Shown one piece after another: positions 1-9,728 of a stretch of DNA of 63,645 nt. This DNA is from Phycisphaerae bacterium. GTDB lineage: Bacteria; Planctomycetota; Phycisphaerae; FEN-1346. Position 1 is the stretch's first letter. Each line of letters starts with the position of its first letter. Both the position numbers and the translations under genes were made by a program. Under the pieces are notes generated by a model that made no database searches, was not told the origin of the DNA, and was given only the letters and a program-made list of their open reading frames with translations. Location: the NCBI GenBank assembly GCA_046483505.1, contig JAWODB010000309.1, positions 1 through 63,645 on the forward strand, written 5' to 3'.

Positions 1-13
1 TTTCCCCCAAGCA

Positions 14-45
14 TTTGAAATAAAAGGATTTGCGCTTTAGGTTTG
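14..45 (+). promoter_or_regulatory. Bacteroidota-type housekeeping promoter (-33 TTTG / -7 TAnnTTTG)
   Basis: TTTG at 14-17, 20-nt spacer, TAGGTTTG at 38-45; AT-rich leader without a Shine-Dalgarno before ATG 77. Confidence 0.6.
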
Positions 46-76
46 GTGTTGTAATTATTCACTAAACCTAAATTTT

Positions 77-820
77 ATGGCAAGACAAGAGAGTTTTTTG
101 AAGTTGAAAGGCAGGGTCGGTGACCTGACTTTCTACAAGAGTGGGGGCGAATACCTGGCCCGCACCAAAGGCGGTGTGGATGGCGACCGCATCAAAACGG
201 ATCCGCGATTTGCCCGCACCAGGGAAAACGGACAGGAGTTTATCCGGGCCATTAAAGCCGGAAAGCTGCTTCGGGATGCTTTCCGGGAACAGCTTGCTTT
301 GACTGCTGACAGGCGCATGAGTGGCCGTTTGAGCTCCATTTTTTCAAAGATCGTGAAAAGCGATGAAGAATCGGCCCGGGGTGAACGAAATGTGATGGCC
401 GGCGATGTTTCTTTGCTTTCAGGCTTTGAATTCAATGAAGCATCCAACTTGAAGAACCTTTTCTTTGAGGATTTTGATGTCAGCCTGACGGAAGGCGTGG
501 CCGATGTGACCATTTTGCCTTTCAATCCCCAAAACATCCGGAAACCTGATGGAGCTACCCATGCCCAGTTTGTAAGCGTGGCCGGATTCTTTGACTTCAA
601 CGGACTGGAATCATCCGTGTCACTGGCTGAAGGGGAATCGTTTGAGCTGAGTCAACCCGACCATGCCGAAGAGACCTTGACCACCGGCACGGTTGACACC
701 ATTGAAGGGGGCATCAGCGTTGTGATGCTGGGGCTTTTGTTCTGGCAGGAGGTGAATGGAGAACTCTACAAACTCAACAACGGGGCCAGAAATGCGCTCC
801 GCGTGATTGCCGTTGAATAA
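77..820 (+). CDS. Conserved hypothetical protein of Bacteroidota type
   Basis: 247 aa; N-terminus MARQESFLKLKGRVGDLTFYKS...DPRFARTRENGQEF resembles a widespread Bacteroidota hypothetical family (recalled); much lower GC than the rest of the window. Confidence 0.75.
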   Translation: MARQESFLKLKGRVGDLTFYKSGGEYLARTKGGVDGDRIKTDPRFARTRENGQEFIRAIKAGKLLRDAFREQLALTADRRMSGRLSSIFSKIVKSDEESARGERNVMAGDVSLLSGFEFNEASNLKNLFFEDFDVSLTEGVADVTILPFNPQNIRKPDGATHAQFVSVAGFFDFNGLESSVSLAEGESFELSQPDHAEETLTTGTVDTIEGGISVVMLGLLFWQEVNGELYKLNNGARNALRVIAVE

Positions 821-897
821 TGATGAATCCGGGGCACATAGATCGCAGCCAACAGGCGGGCTTTGTAGGCGGGACGCTGACGGGTGTTTTTACGAAC

Positions 898-1365
898 CCA
901 GTTCCGCACGTATCCCTTCTCCAGCATGGCCGCCGCAAAGTGGGCGCGGGTCAACGTACCCGCGGTCTGCTTTCGGGTCACGTCGTCCATCGTCAGGTCG
1001 AACCCGAGGTCGTTGAGGCGCTTCAGGATGGCGTCGTTGCGGCGCTCGCGCCCTTCGCGTGCGACCCTCAGCACGCCGGCCAAACCGGGGGCGTCCGGGT
1101 CGATGAAGTAGCCCAGGATGTGGCAGGCGCCGTCCTCGAACTCGCCGGAGATCTCGACGCCCGGAATGACCTCGATGCCGGCGTCCGGGCCGGCGGCCAG
1201 GGCCTCGGCCAGGCCGGCGGTCGTATCGTGATCCGTCAGGGCGACGGCCTTCAGGCCGACCTCGGCGGCCCGCTCGACCACCTCCCGCGGCGGGTAGGCG
1301 CCGTCGGAGGCACTCGAGTGGACGTGCAAATCCACCAGGTCGGGCTGCGGTACCTTGTCCGTCAC
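898..1365 (-). pseudogene. PHP-domain protein (TrpH/YciV-like), 3'-truncated at the sequence junction
   Basis: GTG 1365 with GGAGG RBS; motifs DLHVHSSASDG, ALTDHDT, GVEIS, HILGY; similarity stops after GYVRNW where composition changes. Confidence 0.8.
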
Positions 1366-1404
1366 GCCGTGCCTCCGAGCGGAAACGTGCGAGTCGAGCA
1401 CGGC

Positions 1405-1433
1405 ACTGTAGCGGGGCGACCCGGCGGGGTCAA
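1405..1433 (-). promoter_or_regulatory. Putative sigma70 promoter for the PHP gene
   Basis: TTGACC-17 nt-TACAGT on the minus strand. Confidence 0.55.
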
Positions 1434-1859
1434 GGCGGGAAAAGCCGGTGACCTCCCTTCGGGCGGGCGAATCACTGAAGGCGTTCCGCCCCCGGTGCCG
1501 ATGAGACAGGTGGCCCACCGCCGGAGAGAGGTCTCCGGCACCCGGTCACCGCCCCCTACGCGCGCCGAAAACCGGCCGACACGGGCCCTCACCGGAGGGC
1601 CGAAAATCGGACGTTTTTCGGCCGCGATGCGGACCGCGCACCCTGCGGACGCAAAACCCTCCCCTGCACGAAACGAGCCGAGGTGTCTGTAACCCGTTGC
1701 CTCATAAGGGTTTACAGTCGGCGTTTCGGCGAGCGGCCTCGCGGCGCGCCCGGCCGGGCCGACTCGTTTGACCGCCGCTCCCCTGCACGTAGGCTAACAA
1801 TACGGGTCATCGTATCCACGCACAGCCCCCGTGGCCCGTAGGTCTGGAAGGATACGCGC

Positions 1860-2972
1860 ATGGCGCATCTGAAGAAGCGAACGCTGTTGCCGATGGGCAT
1901 CCACGTGACGCCCGAGGCTGCCCACGTGGTCCAGTTCGAGCAGGCGGGCGACGAACTCGAACTGGTGTCGGAGGCCTCGTGTTCGTTCACCTCGCCGCAG
2001 GACGCCGTGGCGCGGCTGGTGTCGGCCGAGACGCCTCAGGGCATGGATGCCGACGAGCCGGACTATGCGCCGGCCCTGCGGTTCCTTCGCCAGGAACTGG
2101 GCTGGAACCACTTCAAGGGCAAGGACGCCGTCGTCAGCCTGCCCACCGACCGGGTGGCGGTGCAGCACGTCCGGATGCCGCCGATGCAGCCGGACGAACT
2201 GGCGGCGTCGCTGCCGTACGAACTGGAGGACAAACTGCCGTTCCCGCCGTCCCAGGCGGTGGTGCGGCACATCGTGGCCGGCTCGGTCGCCGAGAACAGC
2301 GAAACCAAGCAGGACGTGCTTGTGTTGGCCGTGCCGCGCCAAGTCGTCCAGTCCCACGTGGCCGCCGTCGCTCGCCTGAAACTGAACGTCGTGGGCGCCG
2401 GCATCGAGCCGTGCAGCATGTGCTACGGGTACGCGTACGCGTCGGAGCACTCCGGCCCGTCGCAGTCCGGCCCGCCGTGCCTGATGATCGTGTACCTGGG
2501 CTGGGAGCGCTCTCACGTGGCCATTCTGCGGGGCCAGGAGACGATGTTCGTCAAGCCGGTGGCCAAGGGGCTGGACCACGTGACGCAGGCCGTGGCGGCC
2601 GTGACCGAGGCGTCGCTGGAAGAGGCCTCGGAACAGGTGGCGGCCTGGCGCGAGGGCGGGACGGCCGAGGCCGTCGACGAGGCCGTCACGACCTACAACC
2701 GCTGCCGGGAGCCGGTCGGCCATCTGACCGACGAGATCCAGTCGTGCATGCGGTACCACGCGTCGCTGGCACGCGGGGCGCAGATCGACCGGCTCGTCTT
2801 CGTGGGCCCCGGCGCCCGGGACAAGGCCCTGGTCCGCGTGCTGAGCGCGAACCTGAGCGTGGCGTGCGAGATCGGCGACCCGATCGGGACGGCCACCGGC
2901 TCGCCGGACCCGGCGAACGCGCGTCCGGAAATGGCCGTTGCGGTCGGGCTCAGTCTCTTCGGGGCGTCCTGA
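1860..2972 (+). CDS. pilM: Type IV pilus assembly protein PilM (actin-like)
   Basis: 370 aa; LPYELEDKLPF, VLVLAVP, EIQSCMRY, FVGPGA, AVAVGLSL patterns; first gene of the pil operon. Confidence 0.85.
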   Translation: MAHLKKRTLLPMGIHVTPEAAHVVQFEQAGDELELVSEASCSFTSPQDAVARLVSAETPQGMDADEPDYAPALRFLRQELGWNHFKGKDAVVSLPTDRVAVQHVRMPPMQPDELAASLPYELEDKLPFPPSQAVVRHIVAGSVAENSETKQDVLVLAVPRQVVQSHVAAVARLKLNVVGAGIEPCSMCYGYAYASEHSGPSQSGPPCLMIVYLGWERSHVAILRGQETMFVKPVAKGLDHVTQAVAAVTEASLEEASEQVAAWREGGTAEAVDEAVTTYNRCREPVGHLTDEIQSCMRYHASLARGAQIDRLVFVGPGARDKALVRVLSANLSVACEIGDPIGTATGSPDPANARPEMAVAVGLSLFGAS

Positions 2973-2990
2973 GGACAAGGGAACGGGCGA

Positions 2991-3749
2991 ATGCTACGGG
3001 TTCTGAACTTCCTGCCGGATGATTACGTGAAGCGGCGCCGCGCCCGGCGCGCGAACCTCATCTGCGCGCTGATCGGTGCCGGCGGCCTGCTGTTTATCGG
3101 GGCCGCGGTCGGCCTGACGGCGATTCGGGCCGTCGGCGTGGCGGCCGCCCGAACCGCGGTCGACCGCCAGTACGAGCAGGCCCGCCTGAAGATCAAGGAC
3201 CTGAAGGAACTCGAGGAACGCAAGAAGGGCCTGCTCCACAAAGCGGAACTGAGCGCCACCCTCCTGGAACGCGTGCCCCGGAGCCATATCCTCGGCCGAC
3301 TGACCAACCTCCTGCCGCCCGACACGAGCCTGACCTCCCTGAGCATGGAACCGCACGAGATGCGCATCGAGACGCCGCAGCCGAAGGCCGAGGAGGCCAA
3401 GGCGAAGAAGGGCAAGGGCAAGAAGAAGGCGGCCCCGCCGGCGCAGACCGAGACGCGGTTCCGATTCCGGCTGGACGGCCTGGCCCAGACGGACGTGCAG
3501 GTAGCCGAGTACATCAGCCGGTTGGCCAACGATGCGCTGTTCGACAGCGTGGACCTCCAGTTCTCGGAGGCGTTTCCGTACGAGGAGGGGATCACGATGC
3601 GGCGGTTCCAGTTGGTGTTCCTGCTGGACAGGAAGGCGGCCACGGTGCTGGAGAAGGCCCCCCTGCCGCCCGGGGCCCCGGCGGATACCGCAGCCGCGAC
3701 CCAGGCCGTCGGCCGGGGGAAGCCGGCTGCGAACGAGGAGGCGTCATGA
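2991..3749 (+). CDS. pilN: PilN-domain fimbrial assembly protein
   Basis: N-terminal LNFLP motif, single TM, coiled coil; follows pilM. Confidence 0.85.
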   Translation: MLRVLNFLPDDYVKRRRARRANLICALIGAGGLLFIGAAVGLTAIRAVGVAAARTAVDRQYEQARLKIKDLKELEERKKGLLHKAELSATLLERVPRSHILGRLTNLLPPDTSLTSLSMEPHEMRIETPQPKAEEAKAKKGKGKKKAAPPAQTETRFRFRLDGLAQTDVQVAEYISRLANDALFDSVDLQFSEAFPYEEGITMRRFQLVFLLDRKAATVLEKAPLPPGAPADTAAATQAVGRGKPAANEEAS

Positions 3750-4273
3750 CGGGTCCGCTTCGCATTCTGCTGACGGCGGTGGCCCTGGCCGTCGTGGCCG
3801 GCATGGCCGCTGCCTTTATCCTCTGGCCGCTCCTGGAGCAGACGGCCGCCGACAGGGAGGCCATCCGGGCACGGCAGGCCGAACTGGTCAAGGTGCAGCG
3901 CGTCGTGCGCCGCATCCGCGACCTGAAGAAGGAGATCAAACGGCTGGAGGAGGCGCTGGCGTTCTTCGAGGACCGGTTGCCGGAAAAGCGCGAGATCGAC
4001 GTCATCCTGCGGGAAGTGTGGCTGATTGCCGACTCCAAGTCGCTCTCCCCCCGCCGCATCCAGACGGGCCGGTCGGAGAACGGGTCCCGCTACAACACGC
4101 AGCCGATCACCATGACCCTCGAAGGCCGGTTCGGCCAGTTCTACGAGTTCCTGCTGGGCCTGGAGCGGCTGCCGCGCATCACCAAGGTCCGGCAGATGCA
4201 GATCACGAAATCGCCCACGCAGGAAGGCGTGGTTGAAGTCGACGTCCTCATGGACATCTACTGCGAGAAATAG
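3746..4273 (+). CDS. pilO: Type IV pilus assembly protein PilO
   Basis: N-terminal TM, coiled coil, RLPEKREI, LEGRFGQFYEFL..LERLPRI; ATGA overlap with pilN. Confidence 0.85.
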   Translation: MTGPLRILLTAVALAVVAGMAAAFILWPLLEQTAADREAIRARQAELVKVQRVVRRIRDLKKEIKRLEEALAFFEDRLPEKREIDVILREVWLIADSKSLSPRRIQTGRSENGSRYNTQPITMTLEGRFGQFYEFLLGLERLPRITKVRQMQITKSPTQEGVVEVDVLMDIYCEK

Positions 4274-4275
4274 CC

Positions 4276-4995
4276 ATGGCGAGCAACGACGCCCCACGCA
4301 CAAACGACGTCCGCCTCTCGAAGAAGGGGCTGGAGACCCCGTCGCAGAAGGGCAAGGTCCAGGGAGGCTTCGGCGACACGAAGAAGGTCCTGATACTCGG
4401 CGCCCTGGGCCTGGTGGCCCTGGCGGTCGTGGCGTACCAGTTCCTCGGGGGCAGCGGCCCCGCGCCCGCCGAGGCCAGCCCGACCAAACCGGAGGCCCCG
4501 TCGGTGGCGCCGGCGGCGGCCGCGGCCGTCCCCGATGCCGGACCGGCCGACGTCAGTGCCGCCTTGGACCGCATCGGCAAGGGAGGCGAAGACGGCCTCT
4601 CGGTCGAACGGGTCGAAAACATGGTCAGCAAGTTCGACACGTACGTGCAGGAACGGCAGATTCCTCTGGCCAGTCTCGAGGTCAACCCCTTCCAGGTCGT
4701 CCGGGGCGGTGGAATCGAAGCCCAGGAGGACAAGAAGGCCCGGCAGCAGGCCAACGCCGAGGCGGAGGCCGAAGCCCGCCGGCAACGCATCCTCCAGGCG
4801 GCCGCCGAACTCAAACTCAGTACCGTCCTCATCGCCGGCTCGACCCGCACCGCCGTCATCGAAGGCCGGCTCTACCACGTGGGCGACGTGGTCGAAGGCA
4901 TGCGGGTGGCCAAGATCGAGCGCGACAACGTGACGCTGGCCTACGAGGATCAGACCGTTGACCTCCGGCTGAGGCCGGAGTGGCACGTGCCGTAA
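4276..4995 (+). CDS. Bitopic membrane protein in the PilP/GspC position
   Basis: Single TM, Pro/Ala linker, NPF motif, C-terminal AVIEGRLYHVGDVVEGMRVAKIERDNVTL beta-domain of PilP/GspC-HR type. Confidence 0.6.
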   Translation: MASNDAPRTNDVRLSKKGLETPSQKGKVQGGFGDTKKVLILGALGLVALAVVAYQFLGGSGPAPAEASPTKPEAPSVAPAAAAAVPDAGPADVSAALDRIGKGGEDGLSVERVENMVSKFDTYVQERQIPLASLEVNPFQVVRGGGIEAQEDKKARQQANAEAEAEARRQRILQAAAELKLSTVLIAGSTRTAVIEGRLYHVGDVVEGMRVAKIERDNVTLAYEDQTVDLRLRPEWHVP

Positions 4996-5004
4996 GGACC
5001 GCGC

Positions 5005-6861
5005 ATGCCGAACGATGCCACCCAACCCGACGCCCCCGCCGCCGTGGCGCAGGAGGCCCCCGCGCAGCCGCAGGGCCCGCCCCGGGCCGACTCGGACGGC
5101 TCCGGCGGGCGCCGTCCCATGCGCATGGGCGACCGCCTCGTCGAGACGGGCGTCATCACCCAGGCCCAACTGGAGGAGTGCCTGGAACTCCAGAAGTCGA
5201 GCCCCGGCGAGCGGCTCGGCCAGATACTCGTCCGCAAGGAGTACGCCACCGAAGCGGACGTCATGTCGTGCCTGGCGGCCGAGTACGGGCTGGAGTTCGT
5301 CCACGTCGGCCAGATGGAGGTTCCCGAGCGGGTCCGCGACCTGCTCCCGCTCGAATTCTGCCGCCAGCACAACGTCCTGGTCATCGACGCCGACCCCGAG
5401 GCCGGCGCCGCCACCGTCGCCACGGCCGACCCGGCGAATATCTTCCTTCTGGACGAGGTGCGGCGCCGGCTCGACTGCCGCGTCCAACTGGCGGTCAGCA
5501 CCGTCGCCGAGATCGCCAAGGCGCTGGAGGAACTGGCGGGCGGCGGCCAGGAGTTCCAACTCGACAACCTCATCCAGGACATCGCCGACGACGCCGTCGA
5601 GGTCGTCGACGAGGACGACGACGAGGTGGCGGACCTGGCCAAGGTCGCGGGCGAGTCGCCCGTCGTCCGCCTCGTCAACTACCTCATCTGCAACGCCGTC
5701 AAGGAGGGCGCCAGCGACATCCATATCGAGCCCGGCGAAAAGCGGATGCGCATCCGGTACCGCATCGACGGCATCCTGTTCGAGACGATGTCCCCGCCGC
5801 AGACCATGCACCCGGCCCTCGTGTCGCGGCTGAAGATCATGTCGAACCTCGACATTTCGGAGCGGCGGCTCCCGCAGGACGGCCGCATCCGCGCCATCGT
5901 CAACAACCGGTACGTCGACTTCCGCGTCAACACGCTGCCCACCACGCAGGGCGAGAAGGCGGTCATCCGGATCCTCGACAACCGCTCCATCCTCATCGGC
6001 CTGGAGCGTCTCGGCTTCGAGCCGGATCACCTGTCGGTCTTCAAGGAGGAGATCGCCCGGCCCCACGGCGTCATCCTCGTGACGGGGCCGACCGGCTCCG
6101 GCAAGACGACGACGCTGTACTCGGCCCTGATGACGATGGACGGCAGCACGATGAACATCTCGACCACCGAGGACCCGGTCGAGTACTTCCTCAGTTTCGC
6201 CAACCAGGTCCAGATCAACGATCGCATCGGGTTCACGTTCGCCAGCGCGCTGCGGGCGCTGCTGCGGCAGGACCCGGACGTCATCATGGTGGGCGAGATC
6301 CGCGACGAGGAGACCGCCCGCATCTGCGTCCAGGCCGCCCTGACCGGCCACCTCGTCCTCTCCACCCTGCACACCAACGACGCGCCGTCGAGCATCACGC
6401 GCCTGATCAACATCGGCATCGAGCCGTACCTCATCAGCGCGGCGGTCAACGCGGTCCTGGCCCAGCGGCTCGTCCGCCGCATCTGCGAGAACTGCAAGGA
6501 GGCGTACACGCCGAGCGACGAGATCCGCGCCGCCCTCGAACGCAACAACGTCGGCGCCGTCGAGGAACTCTACCGCGGCAAGGGCTGCGACAAGTGCCGG
6601 AACACCGGCTACAGCGGCCGGTCCGGCATCTATGAAATGGTCGTCCTGGACGACGGCTTCCGCGACCTGGTGGCCACCCGGCCCAGCGTCACGGAACTGC
6701 GCCGCTACGCCACGCAGCGGGGCATGGTGGGGCTGCGCGAGGACGGCCTCCGGAAGATGAAGCGCGGCATCACCACCATCGAGGAGGTGCTCCGCGCCAC
6801 CGAGGATGCCGGCCCGGCCGAGGCCAAGGCCGAGGACGAAACCGAAGGGGACACGGCATGA
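5005..6861 (+). CDS. pilB: Type IV pilus/T2SS extension ATPase (PilB/GspE)
   Basis: N-terminal RMGDRLV/RLGQILV (MshEN-like), ASDIHIEP, Walker A GPTGSGKT, LRQDPDVIMVGEIRD, tetracysteine motif. Confidence 0.95.
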   Translation: MPNDATQPDAPAAVAQEAPAQPQGPPRADSDGSGGRRPMRMGDRLVETGVITQAQLEECLELQKSSPGERLGQILVRKEYATEADVMSCLAAEYGLEFVHVGQMEVPERVRDLLPLEFCRQHNVLVIDADPEAGAATVATADPANIFLLDEVRRRLDCRVQLAVSTVAEIAKALEELAGGGQEFQLDNLIQDIADDAVEVVDEDDDEVADLAKVAGESPVVRLVNYLICNAVKEGASDIHIEPGEKRMRIRYRIDGILFETMSPPQTMHPALVSRLKIMSNLDISERRLPQDGRIRAIVNNRYVDFRVNTLPTTQGEKAVIRILDNRSILIGLERLGFEPDHLSVFKEEIARPHGVILVTGPTGSGKTTTLYSALMTMDGSTMNISTTEDPVEYFLSFANQVQINDRIGFTFASALRALLRQDPDVIMVGEIRDEETARICVQAALTGHLVLSTLHTNDAPSSITRLINIGIEPYLISAAVNAVLAQRLVRRICENCKEAYTPSDEIRAALERNNVGAVEELYRGKGCDKCRNTGYSGRSGIYEMVVLDDGFRDLVATRPSVTELRRYATQRGMVGLREDGLRKMKRGITTIEEVLRATEDAGPAEAKAEDETEGDTA

Positions 6862-7919
6862 GAAGCATCCACGACCTGCTCGAGCGCGCCATCGCCAACG
6901 GGGCCAGCGACATTCACCTCGTGGTCGGACTGCCGCCCCTCCAGCGCATTCACACGGTGCTGGCCGGCCTCGAGGACGAATCGCCCCTCGGGGCCGACGA
7001 GGCCGAGGCGTCCGTCCGGGAACTGCTCAACGACGATCAGTACCGGCAGTTCCAGGAGCAGCGGGACATGGATTTCTCCACCGCCCTGCCCTCCGGCGCG
7101 CGGTTCCGCGTCAACGCGCACTTCCAGCGCGGCACGCCGGCGCTGGCGTTCCGGGCGATTCCCAGCGAGGTGCCCGCGCTGGACACGCTGAACCTGCCGG
7201 AGGTCGTCGCCGACTTCGCCAACCTGCCCCAGGGCCTGGTGCTGGTGACCGGCGAGACGGGCTCCGGCAAGTCCACGACCCTGGCCTCGATGATCGACCA
7301 CATGAACCAGAAGTACCCGTACCACGTCATCACCCTGGAGGACCCGATCGAGTACTACATCCCCTCCCGCAAGTGCGTCGTGGAGCAGCGGGAGGTGGGG
7401 GCCGACGTGCCCAACTTCCGGTCGGGCCTTCGGCACGTGCTGCGGCAGGACCCGGACGTCATCCTGGTGGGCGAGATGCGCGACCTGGAGACCATCTCGA
7501 CGGCGCTGACGGCCGCCGAGACCGGCCACCTCGTCTTCTCGACCCTGCACACCAACGACGCCGCCTCCACCGTGCAGCGTGTCATCGACATGTTCCCGGC
7601 CGGCCAGCAGAACCAGGTCCGGTCGATGTTCGCCGACAGCCTGAAGGGGGTGCTGTGCCAGCGGCTGCTCTCGCGGGTGGACCGGCCGGGCATGATCCCG
7701 GCCGTCGAGGTCCTCGTCTCGACGCCGGCGGTCCGCAACTGCATCCGCGAGGACCGCATCTTCGAGATCCCCAACATCATGGAGACCAACCGGGCCCTCG
7801 GCATGCAGTTGTTCGACGAGTCGCTCAAGCAGCACTACTACGCCGGACGCATCAGCCGCGACACGGCCCTCAGCCACGCCAAGGGGCCCTCGGAACTCGA
7901 GCGGGCGCTCTCCGCCTAG
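6858..7919 (+). CDS. pilT: Type IV pilus retraction ATPase PilT
   Basis: ASDIHL, GETGSGKST, EDPIEY, AAETGHLVFSTLHT, AVRNCIRE (AIRNLIRE variant). Confidence 0.93.
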   Translation: MRSIHDLLERAIANGASDIHLVVGLPPLQRIHTVLAGLEDESPLGADEAEASVRELLNDDQYRQFQEQRDMDFSTALPSGARFRVNAHFQRGTPALAFRAIPSEVPALDTLNLPEVVADFANLPQGLVLVTGETGSGKSTTLASMIDHMNQKYPYHVITLEDPIEYYIPSRKCVVEQREVGADVPNFRSGLRHVLRQDPDVILVGEMRDLETISTALTAAETGHLVFSTLHTNDAASTVQRVIDMFPAGQQNQVRSMFADSLKGVLCQRLLSRVDRPGMIPAVEVLVSTPAVRNCIREDRIFEIPNIMETNRALGMQLFDESLKQHYYAGRISRDTALSHAKGPSELERALSA

Positions 7920-7926
7920 GTGAACC

Positions 7927-9147
7927 ATGAACATGTACCGCTACCAGATGAAGCGGCCGAACGGCGAGGTGGTGGTCGGCCAACTCAAGGCCGACAACCA
8001 GACCGTGGCGATGCAGCAGGTCCGTGAAATGGGCGGCGCCGTGCTCGACATCAGCGTGGTGGAGCCAGGGGCCGGGGCCAAGCCGAAGGCGGGCGGCATC
8101 CCGATCTTCAACCGCATCGGGGCGAAGGACCTGCTGGCCTTCACCCGCCAGTTGGGCGTCATGTCGAAGGCCGGCATCGGCCTGACGGCCGCCCTCGAGA
8201 GCATCACGGACCAGTTGAAGAACCCGCGGATGCAGACCGTCACGCGGGCCCTGAAGCGCGACGTCGAGGCCGGGTGCCAGTTCTCCGAGACCCTCCAGCG
8301 GTTCCCGAAGGTCTTCTCGCTCCTGTACATCAACATGGTCCGGGCGAGCGAACTCTCCGGCACCTTCGGCCACATGCTCGGCCGCATCGCCGAGTACCTC
8401 ACCCAGCAGGCCCAGACGAGGCGGCAGGTGACCGGGGCCATGGTCTACCCGGTCATCATCGTGATCATGGCGATCCTGACGACGATCTTCATGCTGACCT
8501 TCGTCCTGCCGCAGTTCATGGTCCTGTTCGAGGGCAAGGAAGACATCCTCCCCCTGCCCACCAAGATGCTGATGGCCATGAGCGCCTCGCTCACCGGCTA
8601 CTGGTACTTGTATATTGTGGTCATCGGCATGTTCGGCGGCGCCTTCATCTGGTTCATCCGCACCGACAAGGGCCGCGAACTCTGGGACCTGGCGAAACTC
8701 AGGATCCCGATCCTCCAGAAACTCTGCCACGCCCTGTACCTGTCGCGCGGTCTGCGGACTATGGGCGAACTCGTCAACGCCGGCGTCCCGATGCTCGACA
8801 CGATTGCGATTACCGCGGAGGTGTCGGGCAACGTGCACTACGCGCGCGTGTGGCACCGCGTCCACGCCGCCGTCCGCAAGGGCCAGCGCATCGCCCCGTC
8901 GCTGGCGAAGAGTTCGTATATTCCGGTCAGCGTCACCCAGATGATCTCCGCCGGCGAGGAGACCGGGACCCTCGGCGAAATCCTGAGCGACATCTCCGAC
9001 TTCTACGACGACCAGTTGAAAGCCACCATCAAGGCGGTGACCAGTGCCATCGAACCCTTGATGATCGTGCTGATGGGCGGCATCGTGGCGTTCATCGCCG
9101 CCTCGATTCTGCTGCCCATCTTCAAGATGTCGCAATTGGTGGGCTAA
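7927..9147 (+). CDS. pilC: Inner-membrane platform protein PilC/GspF
   Basis: FTRQLGVM, ASELSGT, AMVYP, AGEETGTL, IEPLMIV; two T2SSF repeats. Confidence 0.93.
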   Translation: MNMYRYQMKRPNGEVVVGQLKADNQTVAMQQVREMGGAVLDISVVEPGAGAKPKAGGIPIFNRIGAKDLLAFTRQLGVMSKAGIGLTAALESITDQLKNPRMQTVTRALKRDVEAGCQFSETLQRFPKVFSLLYINMVRASELSGTFGHMLGRIAEYLTQQAQTRRQVTGAMVYPVIIVIMAILTTIFMLTFVLPQFMVLFEGKEDILPLPTKMLMAMSASLTGYWYLYIVVIGMFGGAFIWFIRTDKGRELWDLAKLRIPILQKLCHALYLSRGLRTMGELVNAGVPMLDTIAITAEVSGNVHYARVWHRVHAAVRKGQRIAPSLAKSSYIPVSVTQMISAGEETGTLGEILSDISDFYDDQLKATIKAVTSAIEPLMIVLMGGIVAFIAASILLPIFKMSQLVG

Positions 9148-9149
9148 CC

Positions 9150-9647
9150 ATGCGCACACTCCGTCACACGCGAAACCGTACCCACCCGGGTGCCCGCCCC
9201 GCCGGCGGGTTCACCCTGGTGGAGGTCCTCATCGCCTCCGTCCTGGTGGTGCTGGCCTTCATCGCCCTGGTGGCGGCCTTCGGGTACGAGGGCGTCGTCA
9301 TCCAGCGGACCGAGGAGATCACCTACGGCACGTTCCTGGCGGGCGAGATTCACGACAAGGCCCTCCGCATGAACTTCGCCGATATCTTCGACCTCGACGG
9401 CACCGTCTACGACCCCGCCATCCTCAGCACCGGCACCACGCAGGAACGAGACGAGTTCGCGCAGACGGTCGAAGTGGTCCCCGTCGACGCCGCCGACCTC
9501 GGGGTCACCGTCGCCCAGTCCGGCGCCGAGGCCGCACGCCTCACCGTCACCCTCACCGCCCGCGACAAGCCGGTGGTCACCCAGACGTATTACGTCTTCG
9601 ACCTGAGCGACACGCCGTTTACCGACCGCCCCGAGATGCCCGGTTAG
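9150..9647 (+). CDS. Prepilin-type minor pilin (PilV-like)
   Basis: ATG 9150; class III signal GG|FTLVEVL followed by a hydrophobic helix; in frame of ORF 8274..9647. Confidence 0.85.
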   Translation: MRTLRHTRNRTHPGARPAGGFTLVEVLIASVLVVLAFIALVAAFGYEGVVIQRTEEITYGTFLAGEIHDKALRMNFADIFDLDGTVYDPAILSTGTTQERDEFAQTVEVVPVDAADLGVTVAQSGAEAARLTVTLTARDKPVVTQTYYVFDLSDTPFTDRPEMPG

Positions 9648-9728
9648 CCCGCGATGCGGTGCGGCCGGACCGATACGCAACCGTGTTTCTCACGCCCCGA
9701 CACGGCAGACCTGAAAGGAGGTTGTGCC

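Noticed and set aside
1640-1700. c-di-GMP-I riboswitch suggested by GGACGCAAAACC upstream of the pilus operon
   Set aside because: The upstream GCAAAC stem and GAAA tetraloop are missing.
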